A stretch of 64,000 nt of DNA from Escherichia coli (GCF_002854065.1 NZ_CP024147.1); one strand, 5' to 3'; numbered from the stretch's first letter, positions 44,219-55,092 are shown. Numbers and translations are program-made. Notes: a model not told the origin generated them from the letters alone.

Positions 44219-45040
44219 ATGCGACTAGCCAGCCGCTTTGGCCGTATAAACCAGATACGCCGTGACCGGCCTCTGACCCACGAAGAGCTGATGAGTCATG
44301 TACCCAGCGTGTTCGGGAGTGACAAGCATGAATCTCGTTCAGACAGGTACACCTACATCCCGACCATCACCATCCTCGAAAGCCTGCAGCGGGAAGGCTT
44401 TGAGCCGTTCTTTGCCTGCCAGACAAAAGTTCGCGACCAGAGCAAGCGGGAGCACACCAAGCACATGCTTCGACTGCGTCGCTCCGGGCAACTGACCGGG
44501 CATCAGGTGCCGGAAATCATTCTACTTAACAGCCATGACGGCTCATCAAGCTACCAGATGCTGCCGGGCCTGTTTCGTGGCGTCTGTACCAACGGCCTGG
44601 TCTGCGGTCAGTCATTCGGAGAAGTGCGGGTACCGCATAAAGGGAATGTTGTCGAGAAGGTGATTGAAGGGGCTTACGAAGTGCTCGGTGTGTTTGACCG
44701 GGTGGAGGAGAAGCGCGATGCAATGCAGTCACTGGCACTGCCAGAACCAGCCCGTAACGCCCTGGCGAATGCCGCGCTGAAGTATCGCTTTGGTGAAGAC
44801 CACCAGCCGGTCACGGTATCGCAGTTGCTGACCCCACGTCGCCGGGAGGACTACAGCGATGACCTGTGGACCGTATACCAGCGCGTGCAGGAGAACCTGA
44901 TGAAAGGAGGTCTGTCAGGGCGAACCGCTCAGGGGAAAAGCAGCCGCACCCGTGCTGTTATCGGCATTGACGGCGATGTGAAACTCAATCGCGCCCTGTG
45001 GATTATGGCAGAAAACATGCTCGAATTTTTCGGGCGTTAA
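44219..45040 (+). CDS. DUF932-family protein (YfjQ-like)
   Basis: 273 aa; matches the remembered CP4-57/CP4-44 family and gene order. Confidence 0.6.
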   Translation: MRLASRFGRINQIRRDRPLTHEELMSHVPSVFGSDKHESRSDRYTYIPTITILESLQREGFEPFFACQTKVRDQSKREHTKHMLRLRRSGQLTGHQVPEIILLNSHDGSSSYQMLPGLFRGVCTNGLVCGQSFGEVRVPHKGNVVEKVIEGAYEVLGVFDRVEEKRDAMQSLALPEPARNALANAALKYRFGEDHQPVTVSQLLTPRRREDYSDDLWTVYQRVQENLMKGGLSGRTAQGKSSRTRAVIGIDGDVKLNRALWIMAENMLEFFGR

Positions 45041-45070
45041 ACAACCGTTCCGGCATAAGGAGATAGTTTA

Positions 45071-45511
45071 ATGGATACCCACAACCCTGAGTTTGCTGAG
45101 CAGGCAGCAATTACTGCCTCGGTAGTCCCTGACGAGTTACGTATCGGCTTCTGGCCAAAGCGCTTTGGATCTATCCCACAATGGATAACCCTTGAGCCCC
45201 AAATATTTGGCTGGATGGATCGTCTGTGCGCTGATTACAGCGGCGGCGCCTGGAGCTTTTACACACTCAGCAACGGCGGCGCATTTATGGCTCCGGAGCC
45301 CGACGGTGAGAAGTGGACGTTGTTCAACCCGATGAATGGAAACGATGCGGAGATGAGCGGAGAGGCTGCCGGTATAGCGGCCTGCCTGATGGCATACAGC
45401 CACCACGCTTGTCGCACCGAATGTGACGCGATGACTGAGCACTATTATCGCTTACGTGACTACGCGCTAAACCATCCGGAATGCAGCGCCATTATGTATC
45501 TAATCGACTGA
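45071..45511 (+). CDS. Antirestriction protein, ArdB/KlcA family (YfjX-like)
   Basis: 146 aa; family call from the conserved core (FYTLSNGGAFMAPE). Confidence 0.65.
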   Translation: MDTHNPEFAEQAAITASVVPDELRIGFWPKRFGSIPQWITLEPQIFGWMDRLCADYSGGAWSFYTLSNGGAFMAPEPDGEKWTLFNPMNGNDAEMSGEAAGIAACLMAYSHHACRTECDAMTEHYYRLRDYALNHPECSAIMYLID

Positions 45512-45523
45512 GGAATACCTGAC

Positions 45524-46066
45524 ATGAATATCGCATTATCCCCGGTATCATCGCAGCCTGAACTCTTTCCGCTGGCGGTTATGGCCCAGCATAGTTGCCT
45601 GCTCCCCGCGACCTCCGGATTGACACCTTATGCCCAACGGACCATTCGACGTGCTATCAACCTGCTGGATAAATATCTGCGCCAGCCCGGCATGTCCTTT
45701 ACCTCAAGCACGGCTGCCCGTGACTGGCTTCGGTTACAGCTGGCAGGACAAGAACGGGAAGTGTTTATGGTGCTCTATCTCGATAACCAGCACCGTTTAC
45801 TGGAGAGTGAAACGCTATTTGCCGGTTCGGTTAACCATGTCCAGGTCCATCCCCGTGAGGTGGTGAAGTCAGCGCTTCGCTTCAATGCTGCTGCTGTTGT
45901 GCTGGCGCATAACCATCCATCCGGTGATCCGGAGCCCAGCCAATGTGACCGCAACATTACGGGCAGGCTTAAAGAAGCGCTGGCACTGGTTGATGTGAAC
46001 ACTCTCGATCATCTGGTTATCGGTTCAGATGGAATTGTGTCGTTTGCAGAGCGAGGCTGGATATGA
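45524..46066 (+). CDS. RadC-like JAB/MPN domain protein (YfjY/YeeS-like)
   Basis: JAMM motif HNHPSGDPEPSQCD. Confidence 0.8.
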   Translation: MNIALSPVSSQPELFPLAVMAQHSCLLPATSGLTPYAQRTIRRAINLLDKYLRQPGMSFTSSTAARDWLRLQLAGQEREVFMVLYLDNQHRLLESETLFAGSVNHVQVHPREVVKSALRFNAAAVVLAHNHPSGDPEPSQCDRNITGRLKEALALVDVNTLDHLVIGSDGIVSFAERGWI

Positions 46067-46076
46067 GGGCACTTCA

Positions 46077-46418
46077 ATGAAATCTACTGACTCAGAGAAC
46101 GATTCATTTCTCAAGTGGGGTCTGAATCGTAATGTGACACCTTGCTTTGGCGCTCGTCTGGTACAGGAGGGAAACCGGCTGCACTATCTGGCTGACCGGG
46201 CCAGTATCACCGGTAAGTTCAGCGAAGCAGAATGTCTTAAGCTGGATATGGCATTCCCGCATTTTATTAGCCAGATGGAATCGATGCTGACTACTGGTGA
46301 AATGAATCCTCGCCATGCCCACTGTGTCACCCTGTACCACAATGGTTTCACCTGCGAAGCCGATACCCTTGGCAGTTGCGGCTACGTATACATCGCCGTT
46401 TACTCCACCCATCGTTAA
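46077..46418 (+). CDS. Type IV toxin-antitoxin antitoxin, CbeA/YeeU/YfjZ family
   Basis: Conserved [22 protein letters not shown]...CGYVY region. Confidence 0.8.
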   Translation: MKSTDSENDSFLKWGLNRNVTPCFGARLVQEGNRLHYLADRASITGKFSEAECLKLDMAFPHFISQMESMLTTGEMNPRHAHCVTLYHNGFTCEADTLGSCGYVYIAVYSTHR

Positions 46419-46438
46419 CTACTTTCACAAGAGCAAAT

Positions 46439-46780
46439 ATGAAAACTCTACCTGCAACAAATCCGCAGGCGGCGAAGCTATGTCTGTCGCCCGTGGCTGT
46501 CTGGCAAATGCTGCTTGCACGCCTGCTGGAACAACATTATGGCCTGACACTCAACGACACGCCATTCAGTGATGAAACGGTAATTCAGCAACATATCGAT
46601 GCCGGTATATCTTTGGCCGATGCCGTTAATTTTCTGGTGGAAAAGTACGGGCTGGTTCGTATTGATCGCAGGGGATTCGACTGGCAAGAACAGTCCCCAT
46701 ATCTGCGGGCAGTCGATATTCTGCGGGCGCGACAGGCAACTGGTTTATTGAAAAGAAATCGTATTAGCGCGGCACGGTGA
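46439..46780 (+). CDS. Type IV toxin-antitoxin toxin, CbtA/YeeV/YpjF family
   Basis: 113 aa immediately downstream of the CbeA-like gene. Confidence 0.75.
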   Translation: MKTLPATNPQAAKLCLSPVAVWQMLLARLLEQHYGLTLNDTPFSDETVIQQHIDAGISLADAVNFLVEKYGLVRIDRRGFDWQEQSPYLRAVDILRARQATGLLKRNRISAAR

Positions 46781-47043
46781 ATATTGGGAATAGCCTTCCT
46801 GATTCACACTGCAGCTTTCCTTACTTATTTAATTTACTCATTCCAAAAAGCACCTGCCGATGCTGGTTGGTGCTTTTACTTATATGGACGAAATATCATG
46901 CAAATAGAAGCTGTAATTTTAACTGGGCACATTATCGCAAGTACAATCCGGGAATGCTGGGCCGTCGTTGTTGATGGTTTTGACGCATGCGGCGAACAAG
47001 CTTATGATCCAGCTTAATTTCTTTTCCTCATGAAGGGACGGGT

Positions 47044-48051
47044 ATGGGCAACAGAATGTGGATGATTCGCGGTGACGGCGGCAAGCTCTATGACGATTTT
47101 CGCGATAAGCAAATTGTAGGCATCGGTTGGTCTCAGCTGGCTCCATTAGTCAAACCCGGCCTGTCCCGAGCCCAGTTACTCGCCTTATACCAGGAGGCAG
47201 ATCCCTTAACAAAGCTGGGAACAGCCCGTTCTGGTGCATCGCAGGTCTGGCGTTTTGTGAATGAGATCCAAAAGGGTGATTGGGTTATTACCTATTCGCC
47301 AGCCAACCGTACTTATTTGCTAGGCAAAGTCACATCCGACTTCCAATATCATCCTGAATGGGTGGAAGAGGGGATGGGGATCGCTCGGCAGGTTAAATGG
47401 AATACTCAAGAAATCGACCGCGATAGACTGTCTGTTGCTACCAAAAACACATTGGGTTCTACGCTGACGGTTTTTCAGCTTCCAGAATATGCGCTAGAAG
47501 AGCTTTTGCAGGATAAGAAACCCACTATAGATGTAATTACTCAGAATCCAGTTGCAATGGATGAAGATGAGGTCGTTTCTGATCCGCTTCGCGATATGGA
47601 AATGCTGGCGTTTGAGGGTATCAAAGATCGTATTAACTCTCTTGATTGGGACGAGATGCAAAATCTTGTTGCCGGAGTTTTACGCAGTATGGGCTATAAA
47701 ACGCAGGTTTCACCTGCGGGAGCCGATCGGGGTAAAGACATCATTGCTTCACCTGATGGGTTCGGTTTTGAAAATCCGCGTATTATCGTTGAGGTAAAGC
47801 ACCGCAGGGAACAGATGGGAAGCCAACAGATACGCAGCTTTATCGGCGGTCGCCATAAAGACGATCGCGGGCTTTATGTCAGTACAGGGGGTTTTACGAA
47901 AGATGCTCGATATGAAGCCGACCGTTCGACGATACCACTGACGCTCTGGACACTTGATGATCTCGTCCGTGCGCTTATTGAGAACTACGAACAAGTTGAT
48001 ATCGAGACTAAACTTTTGGTGCCTCTGAAGAAAACTTTCCTGCCTGCCTGA
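47044..48051 (+). CDS. Mrr-like restriction endonuclease (Mrr catalytic domain) with an uncharacterised N-terminal domain
   Basis: C-terminal core GADRGKDIIA...RIIVEVKHRR...GLYVSTGGFTKDA resembles the Mrr catalytic domain. Confidence 0.6.
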   Translation: MGNRMWMIRGDGGKLYDDFRDKQIVGIGWSQLAPLVKPGLSRAQLLALYQEADPLTKLGTARSGASQVWRFVNEIQKGDWVITYSPANRTYLLGKVTSDFQYHPEWVEEGMGIARQVKWNTQEIDRDRLSVATKNTLGSTLTVFQLPEYALEELLQDKKPTIDVITQNPVAMDEDEVVSDPLRDMEMLAFEGIKDRINSLDWDEMQNLVAGVLRSMGYKTQVSPAGADRGKDIIASPDGFGFENPRIIVEVKHRREQMGSQQIRSFIGGRHKDDRGLYVSTGGFTKDARYEADRSTIPLTLWTLDDLVRALIENYEQVDIETKLLVPLKKTFLPA

Positions 48052-48211
48052 ATCTTGCTTTGATAGCCATATCGGTGTTCTACTGGTATGGCTTTATACC
48101 CACTTGCAATGTCTATTTTTTATACGGACTTTAACTTGTGGGTACAAGTGTGGGTATAACTATTTATTCCTATTTATAAACTGCATTGATATCAGTCTGT
48201 TAGGTGTGAAA

Positions 48212-48430
48212 TTCGAGTCCGGCCTTCGCACCTTCGCACCTTCGCACCATCGGAACATCAATAGACATCAACGGACGTTTTTTTATGACTGAAATCCGCG
48301 CCACACAAGGCTTTTCGCTATTTTTCGCTCAACCTAAGTCAACCTACATCAACTTACTGATGTGGATACAGCTACAGCTGCGGCTATACCCCGATTCGAT
48401 AATGTTTGTACCCACACAAAACCCTTGAAA
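48212..48430. repeat. Partial direct repeat of the leuX 3' end plus integrase-upstream region (island right boundary / older att site)
   Basis: About 220 bp imperfect direct repeat of 8422-8640 (shared strings ttcgagtccggccttcg..., ...cggttcgataatgtttgtacccacaca.aacccttgaaagg). Confidence 0.75.
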
Positions 48431-49014
48431 GGCTACAAGGCTGAAATTGTCTAAACCATAGAGATGATTTTTATGATCCAGTCTTTCTCTTGTTGAGATA
48501 GTTCCAGTTTGCTCACTCGTGTTAAGAAGGTATTGATCACCTGAACATCCGAATTGGTGAGCCTATTTAATAGAGCGGGTGGTATACCTTTACTAACAAT
48601 CGCTTTGCGGTGACTTTCGTAGTTTTTATTACTCATTGTTGATCCTAAAAAATCATTGTATGGCGGCATTGATCGTTTCCAGCAACCTTTACTTACTCAC
48701 TTCGAACTGCATCCTCGTAGACTGTTCCACTACAATAATCGAAAAGGCGCGGATGTCCATTCAGGTATCCCGCTAATACGTATAGCAATAACAATGGCTT
48801 ATGCGGCGCGCGCTGTTCACCCTTGTGCCAGATTTTTATATTGGCAATTGCCTGCTGTAGCGATTTACTGGAAGCTATTGATATCCCTGGCAGTGAAATA
48901 ATTGCGATCATGCTCGCAAATTTTCTGCTGTTCAAGCCTGCAAGTGAAGATATATTACCTTGATCTCATTTGTTTTTTTGCTGCCTGTTCTGAGAACGTA
49001 TAAGGACATTCTCC

Positions 49015-49665
49015 ATGAATAAACTCCCTGATCATCTTCCGCGGCGGTATATCATCGAAGCTATCCATTTATGGGATGCGGGAGAAACTCATCAGTTCCA
49101 GCCTGCGCGGTTGTATGAGATTGAATATCATGGCCGACGTTACCCCTCGAAGGCGATTGCTGGCATCGCAGCGACATTGATGACGGGGACGCAATTTACC
49201 CCTGCGGATTTCACCGGCGGAATAAAATCTAAATGTGTCAAGCTACTCATAGAGCAGGGATTTCATATTCATCTGGATAAAGCCGCTGCGGCTCCCATAG
49301 CCGACGTTCTGTTCCCGGATGAGTTGCCGTCGCAGGAGACATACCTTGAAGGTGCGGCGATAAAGGTGACAGTAAACCGCTATGAACGCGATAAAAAGGC
49401 CCGAGATAAAGCGGTCGAACATCATGGATGCCAGTGCAACGTATGCGGTGTTGATCTGGTGAAGATCTATGGTGATATCGCTGAAGGCTTTATCCATGTG
49501 CATCACCTGGTGCCGCTGTCAGCCATTAAAGAGGATTACCAGCTGGATCCAGTTAATGATTTGCTGCCTGTGTACCCTAATTGCCATGCGATGTTGCACC
49601 GACGCAAACCACCGTTTACGCCGGAGCAGTTAAAAGCGCTGATGGATGCGAATAAATCAAATTAA
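49015..49665 (+). CDS. HNH endonuclease, possibly a modification-dependent restriction enzyme
   Basis: C-terminal HNH motif CQCNVCG...HVHHLVPL...NDLLPVYPNCHAMLH. Confidence 0.55.
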   Translation: MNKLPDHLPRRYIIEAIHLWDAGETHQFQPARLYEIEYHGRRYPSKAIAGIAATLMTGTQFTPADFTGGIKSKCVKLLIEQGFHIHLDKAAAAPIADVLFPDELPSQETYLEGAAIKVTVNRYERDKKARDKAVEHHGCQCNVCGVDLVKIYGDIAEGFIHVHHLVPLSAIKEDYQLDPVNDLLPVYPNCHAMLHRRKPPFTPEQLKALMDANKSN

Positions 49666-49672
49666 TGAACGC

Positions 49673-50680
49673 TCACCTTTCGCGCCAAAACTGCAAAATT
49701 GCTTCTACAAACTTGTCAGAAATAATCCCCCGACGGGCTGCCGTGCTGAAATGACTGCTTCGCAGTGCCGTCGTCCAGTTCTCCGGTGACCGGTACGCTG
49801 AACCGTAATATCCCGTGCTTAAATCGTCCGGGTCTTCATCAGGCGCGTTCGTCAGTCCTCTTTCACCTTGTTGCTGGAAGTCGACGAAAATAATATTGGC
49901 TAAAACATTATTTTGATAATTGCCATAAATAACTTCATACGCATGAGGGAAATTTTCTTTCCAGTACCAGGTGGTATCGCCGCAAAACCACGGTGCGTCA
50001 GTAATATTATTAAGCTGAGAATGGTATTGTTTTAGATCCCTACGAAAGGCTTCAACCATATGATTAAAGTGTTGAGGGTGTGACGCGTAGTCACTGGTCA
50101 TTAAGTCAAATTCGCCTTGCATCCAGCATACGCCGAGGAATTTGTTATGCGGATTTTTTGCCAGTGCGGCTCGCGTTCTGCTGACTAAATCCTGGTATAG
50201 CGGAGTATCCGTTCCCCAACGACAAGCATCATGGCTGGCTCCGTGCCGTTCTGAATATGTTCCTTCGCTGCCCGCGGTAAAAGCCGATCCGCCACGGCAA
50301 CACGGAACGATGAGAACCCCTGCATTATCAGGAATAAAGGGCAGTAATTTCCGTGCTATATGCAGTGCCTGGCCAACGGTGCCGTACTGTGTTTGATGAT
50401 TCGTTGCCAGAGGATGGTGATAACCCTGCATATCCTGAACATCGTGTGGGCAGTGAGTCAGTGGAATAATGTCGTTAAAGTGACATGACGGGCCTCCGGG
50501 ATGCGTATGCGCAAATCTCGCTAATTGTTTAATTCTGGGATGAGGCGCATCTTCCCTGTCCGGTAATGGCAGTCCTTCGCCATACGCCATGGCATTAGAC
50601 TGACCAGCAACGGTAAGAATATAGTAATAATCAGGCGATATTATTGCGTTCATATAAATTTCGCGTAATTGAAATGACAA
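49673..50680 (-). CDS. nanS: Sialate O-acetylesterase NanS
   Basis: 335 aa; conserved position upstream of nanM and nanC. Confidence 0.75.
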   Translation of the reverse strand: MSFQLREIYMNAIISPDYYYILTVAGQSNAMAYGEGLPLPDREDAPHPRIKQLARFAHTHPGGPSCHFNDIIPLTHCPHDVQDMQGYHHPLATNHQTQYGTVGQALHIARKLLPFIPDNAGVLIVPCCRGGSAFTAGSEGTYSERHGASHDACRWGTDTPLYQDLVSRTRAALAKNPHNKFLGVCWMQGEFDLMTSDYASHPQHFNHMVEAFRRDLKQYHSQLNNITDAPWFCGDTTWYWKENFPHAYEVIYGNYQNNVLANIIFVDFQQQGERGLTNAPDEDPDDLSTGYYGSAYRSPENWTTALRSSHFSTAARRGIISDKFVEAILQFWRER

Positions 50681-50717
50681 ATTGATAGCAGGGCCCCTTT
50701 ACCGGGGCCCTGAAGCG

Positions 50718-51824
50718 TTAGTTTTGTACTGTGACTTTATTATCCTTCACAGAAATTAAAACTGAATCCATCACTGCTTTGCCGCCTGCAGTTTCACCGC
50801 CAATAATTAATAAACTATTATTCCAGGGCAATGATACTCCGTAGGCCCGACCTTGCGATAATTCACCCGATTTATCCCATTTCCCGTTATACCAAAGATG
50901 AATATCAACGCTATATGATTTTTTCAGGCCTTCATGCGCATAGTTCTTACCGTTCTGGTAATTTTCTCGTGAACCTTTGAATCCGGCCCCTCCAGCAAAT
51001 ATAAGAGAATCATTGCTTATCCCCGCAAAACCGCCAGCGACGCCATCTGGTGATGAGACGGGATCAAGCTTATTCCATTTTAAATTATCACCGGTGAAGT
51101 CAAGTTCAAATACGGCATCCGTTCGCAATCCTGGTTTGGCTTCGCCATTAATAAGCCAGGTTTTATCACCTTTATTCACAACCGCCGCACCAGCCGTTCC
51201 GTACCAGGGAGATTCGCCAGCGTAACTCCATTGCTGTGTTGAGGGATCAAAAGACAACAGAAACTTATTGAAGAAATAATCTTCTGCTTTTTTGTCAAAA
51301 TAGTAGGCGTTGATTTTATCTATAGCGGTTGAATCTTTTCCAGCTTCGTTGAGATCTTCAAAATAGCCATTGAAGATATTCTGGTTAACACCGCCAGTAA
51401 CATAAGCCTTGCCGTTGTGTACAAAAGTCACATGGCCCGCCATGCCCATCGGCGCGTGCGACATCAATTTAACCCAGCTATTGGTTTTGGGGTTGTATTT
51501 GTGTACGTCATTAAATACCTGAGTCAAGCCCTCGCTGTTTTTGCCAATGCCGCCAAACACATACAGATTGCCATCAATAAATGCAGAGGTTGCTTGATCT
51601 CTCGGTCCGCCAGGGAATGCAGCTAACGCTGTCCATCTTTTATCTTTGGCCTGTGTATCCAGCTTGTACCATGCCGTACCTGCGCTACCTAAACCAATGT
51701 AGACAGTGTCGTTATCAATTGCTCCGGTACCACTTTTAAATGGCACAGGAGTTTCCGGTAATACAGACGCGTTTGCGGCAAATGAAGCCATTATGATAGT
51801 AAGCGCCGTTATTGTTTTATTCAT
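50718..51824 (-). CDS. nanM: N-acetylneuraminate mutarotase NanM (Kelch repeats)
   Basis: Signal peptide plus repeated Kelch-like blocks; internal Met start gives 368 aa. Confidence 0.8.
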   Translation of the reverse strand: MNKTITALTIIMASFAANASVLPETPVPFKSGTGAIDNDTVYIGLGSAGTAWYKLDTQAKDKRWTALAAFPGGPRDQATSAFIDGNLYVFGGIGKNSEGLTQVFNDVHKYNPKTNSWVKLMSHAPMGMAGHVTFVHNGKAYVTGGVNQNIFNGYFEDLNEAGKDSTAIDKINAYYFDKKAEDYFFNKFLLSFDPSTQQWSYAGESPWYGTAGAAVVNKGDKTWLINGEAKPGLRTDAVFELDFTGDNLKWNKLDPVSSPDGVAGGFAGISNDSLIFAGGAGFKGSRENYQNGKNYAHEGLKKSYSVDIHLWYNGKWDKSGELSQGRAYGVSLPWNNSLLIIGGETAGGKAVMDSVLISVKDNKVTVQN

Positions 51825-51843
51825 TGTGACTGTCTCCTGTCTA

Positions 51844-52560
51844 CTACAGTTTAAATGACACACCAATGCGATAACTGTTTTCCGATAAATTATCTCTGCC
51901 GTTGTAAACACCCTGACGGTCAAGGTAGTCATATTCTATGTATGGCGTAATATCGGGCGTCATATGGTATTGTAGAACAAATGCATTTTCCGTCGCCCAT
52001 TTCTTATGGTTTGCATAGCGATAATCGTTCTGTTTACTGTATAGCGTCGTTTGCCATGCGAAGGTGAAATCACTATTAATATGGTAAGTGACATATCCAT
52101 CCCAACGATGAACGTTATCACGAGACATATCACCAGATAAGTCTTGTTGTCGGTAAGCTTTCCAGTCGTAACGATAGCGAATGCCAAAATTAAGATCTTT
52201 TGTCGCGTCCCAGGACAGTTTTACGTAGGGTCCGTAGCGTGTGCCATTGCTGCTAAAATGCGTTAACATTCCCGGGCGCACCGTCCATTGATCATCAAGT
52301 TTAATCGCGTAATTAACTTCAACCTGAACATCATTGAGTGCGGCATTTTCCTTTTTATTATCATGAATGGTATTCCAGGTATTACTTTCCATGCTTGCCC
52401 ACCATCCATTTTGCCATCCCTCACTGACTTTGAGTCGAGTCTCATAGGCGTGGCTTCCACTACGATATCCACCACGTACGTCCAGTGTCGCAGCCTGAGA
52501 AATTAATGGGGACGAAAAGCACAGTAATAATACGCTAGAAAGTATTTTAGCCTTTTTCAT
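51844..52560 (-). CDS. nanC: N-acetylneuraminic acid outer-membrane channel NanC (KdgM family)
   Basis: Signal peptide and beta-barrel porin composition; 238 aa from the internal start. Confidence 0.8.
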   Translation of the reverse strand: MKKAKILSSVLLLCFSSPLISQAATLDVRGGYRSGSHAYETRLKVSEGWQNGWWASMESNTWNTIHDNKKENAALNDVQVEVNYAIKLDDQWTVRPGMLTHFSSNGTRYGPYVKLSWDATKDLNFGIRYRYDWKAYRQQDLSGDMSRDNVHRWDGYVTYHINSDFTFAWQTTLYSKQNDYRYANHKKWATENAFVLQYHMTPDITPYIEYDYLDRQGVYNGRDNLSENSYRIGVSFKL

Positions 52561-54013
52561 AAATTTCACTCATTTGTAGGATACAGAAAGCAATACAAAG
52601 CCCGCATAAACAATTAGCATTTATGTTGTGTAATATTTTTTTGCCAGGCTTATAGTGTCTTTGGCAACCGGTAGCTGTATTTTATATTTTTTGTATAATA
52701 TCTCCTGTGAAAAATCTCTTTCCACATTATTTAAATAAACAGAGGGCCAGATTAAATACCTGAGTATAAAATCTCTGCTGATGTTTAATTGATTTGAATT
52801 TTCGTAAGCTATATCGCTTACTCAATCCATTTTACCCAGAGTCATAAAATAGAGTGTCTGTTGATCTCATTTTCATATTCCTTTCAGACTGAAGTGCGTT
52901 TTCATCACCCGATGAGAAAGAACTGAAGTGATGTTTGCCATAGATTACGAGATGCCCAGTCTCATTGACTATCGCGGTGCACCTTTATACCTGTTATACC
53001 AGATCAAAAATCACGCAATCCATACAACAAAACCAGATTTGCAATTCGTGTCACAAAATATGTCGATCTTTTCCTAAGAAGCAGATGCCATGTGAAGCCA
53101 GACGAACACTTGCATTGGTCTTCAAAAACTAAAGGTTTTCTTTTAACAATCTGTTTTGTAAATAATTTATTTAGAATCTAAACAAAGAAAGCTTTGCAAG
53201 CTAACTCAGTGAGCTTGGTGAAAATAAGTGTTTACCCGCCATCAGGCTGAGTATAATTCTCATCATGAAATATGTTTCTTGGTTTGTGGCTTGTAACTGG
53301 TCACTCCTGATGTCGATCTGGAGAGGCTTGTTGATGTTGGTGTTTTCAGGATGATGTTTCACTTAGTTTGTTTGCCGTATCGCCCGGCGAATAGCTGTGA
53401 TTGAGGAAGGTTTAAGTCGTAGTGACCAAAGCCATAGTTACCAACGGATGTAGATGAAAAAGCGTCGCCTGCGTTCCCCCATATCTCCAGGATAAAAGGG
53501 AATGTAACAATCTCATGGCCTAAGCTGACGAACCAGGCAGGAATAATCGCTAGGGATCTAAGAATTAGCATGATAATAGCCACTAAGAAATTACTGCGTT
53601 CCATGAAATAGCCATTTTGTGGCAAATGCAGTTGACTAATAATGTCATATGTGAGACGGCTAGTTGAACGAATATTAAATTTTGCTGAATTTTTTATGTT
53701 GATTTTACTTGTTACAGAACATATCACATGATATATAGATAAGATTAGTTGCATTAATGATGAGGGTTATTATTCGATTCGTATCAGATTTATAAATATA
53801 TAAAGGTACATAGCATGCAAGAGCATGGCGTTTGTATGGCAAAGTTATTATAAGTAACTATCGCTACTCCATTTAAGTTCACTCAGAAGAACTGGTCCAC
53901 TTACGTTAGTTATTAAGCAAACGTTCGCTTTTATAAACATAATCAGGATTAAAATGTTGGATTATTGCTAACCCAGCACAGCTAGTGCGCGTCTGTAATT
54001 ATAAGGGAAAACG

Positions 54014-54616
54014 ATGAAGAATAAGGCTGATAACAAAAAAAGGAACTTCCTGACCCATAGTGAAATCGAATCACTCCTTAAAGCAGCAAATACCGGGCCT
54101 CATGCAGCACGTAATTATTGTCTGACTTTGCTTTGTTTTATTCATGGTTTCCGGGCGAGTGAAATTTGTCGATTGAGGATTTCGGATATTGATCTTAAGG
54201 CAAAGTGTATCTATATCCATCGATTAAAAAAAGGCTTTTCAACAACGCACCCGCTATTGAACAAAGAAGTTCAGGCTTTAAAAAACTGGTTGAGTATCCG
54301 TACTTCGTACCCGCATGCTGAGAGCGAATGGGTATTTTTATCGCGTAAGGGGAATCCGCTTTCTCGGCAACAGTTTTACCATATTATCTCGACTTCCGGT
54401 GGTAATGCCGGGTTGTCACTGGAGATTCATCCGCACATGTTACGCCATTCGTGTGGTTTTGCTTTGGCGAATATGGGAATAGATACGCGACTTATCCAGG
54501 ATTATCTTGGGCATCGCAATATTCGTCATACTGTCTGGTATACCGCCAGCAATGCAGGGCGTTTTTACGGCATCTGGGATAGGGCCAGAGGACGACAGCG
54601 TCACGCTGTTTTATAG
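54014..54616 (+). CDS. fimB: Type 1 fimbriae switch recombinase FimB
   Basis: 200 aa tyrosine recombinase; HxxR...Y motifs (HMLRHSCG, YLGHRNIRHTVWYT). Confidence 0.9.
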   Translation: MKNKADNKKRNFLTHSEIESLLKAANTGPHAARNYCLTLLCFIHGFRASEICRLRISDIDLKAKCIYIHRLKKGFSTTHPLLNKEVQALKNWLSIRTSYPHAESEWVFLSRKGNPLSRQQFYHIISTSGGNAGLSLEIHPHMLRHSCGFALANMGIDTRLIQDYLGHRNIRHTVWYTASNAGRFYGIWDRARGRQRHAVL

Positions 54617-55092
54617 AGATAGTTGAGATACCAGGGATGGTGTTAAAAACTACATTATTCTTACGATATATCAAAAATGATTAACCATTTATTAATTGAT
54701 GTTATTGTAAGTGTGATTCTTAATTATAATAATAAACATTAAGTTAACCATATCCATACAAAATACAATGGTTTATGTTCTTCAAAATAAATAAACAAAA
54801 TCATTCATAAATTTACACATCACTTAAATTCATCTGTTTTCACATTTTTTCTTTATTTTTTAAGCAACTGGAAGTTAATCCACTGCAATCTATTGTTATA
54901 TTGAATCAAATCAATGAAAATAGATGTTATCACATCAGTGATATTTTATTTTTGTATGATATTTAATGTAATTGACTGATAGCCACATCACTTCGTGTGT
55001 GGTTATCTTTTTATCTATTGGGCTAATTTTGACCGATTGAGGTTTCCTATAGGTATTCATTCAAATATATCTCAGTCAGGAGTACTACTATT

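Noticed and set aside
48451-48935. Two small minus-strand ORFs (72 and 80 aa) just right of the second att copy
   Set aside because: No motifs and short; possibly fragments of a decayed gene in the remnant, not enough evidence to call.
53359-53754. 131 aa minus-strand ORF in the nanC-fimB intergenic region
   Set aside because: This roughly 1.4 kb AT-rich region is the regulatory region upstream of fimB in E. coli; no coding support for the ORF.
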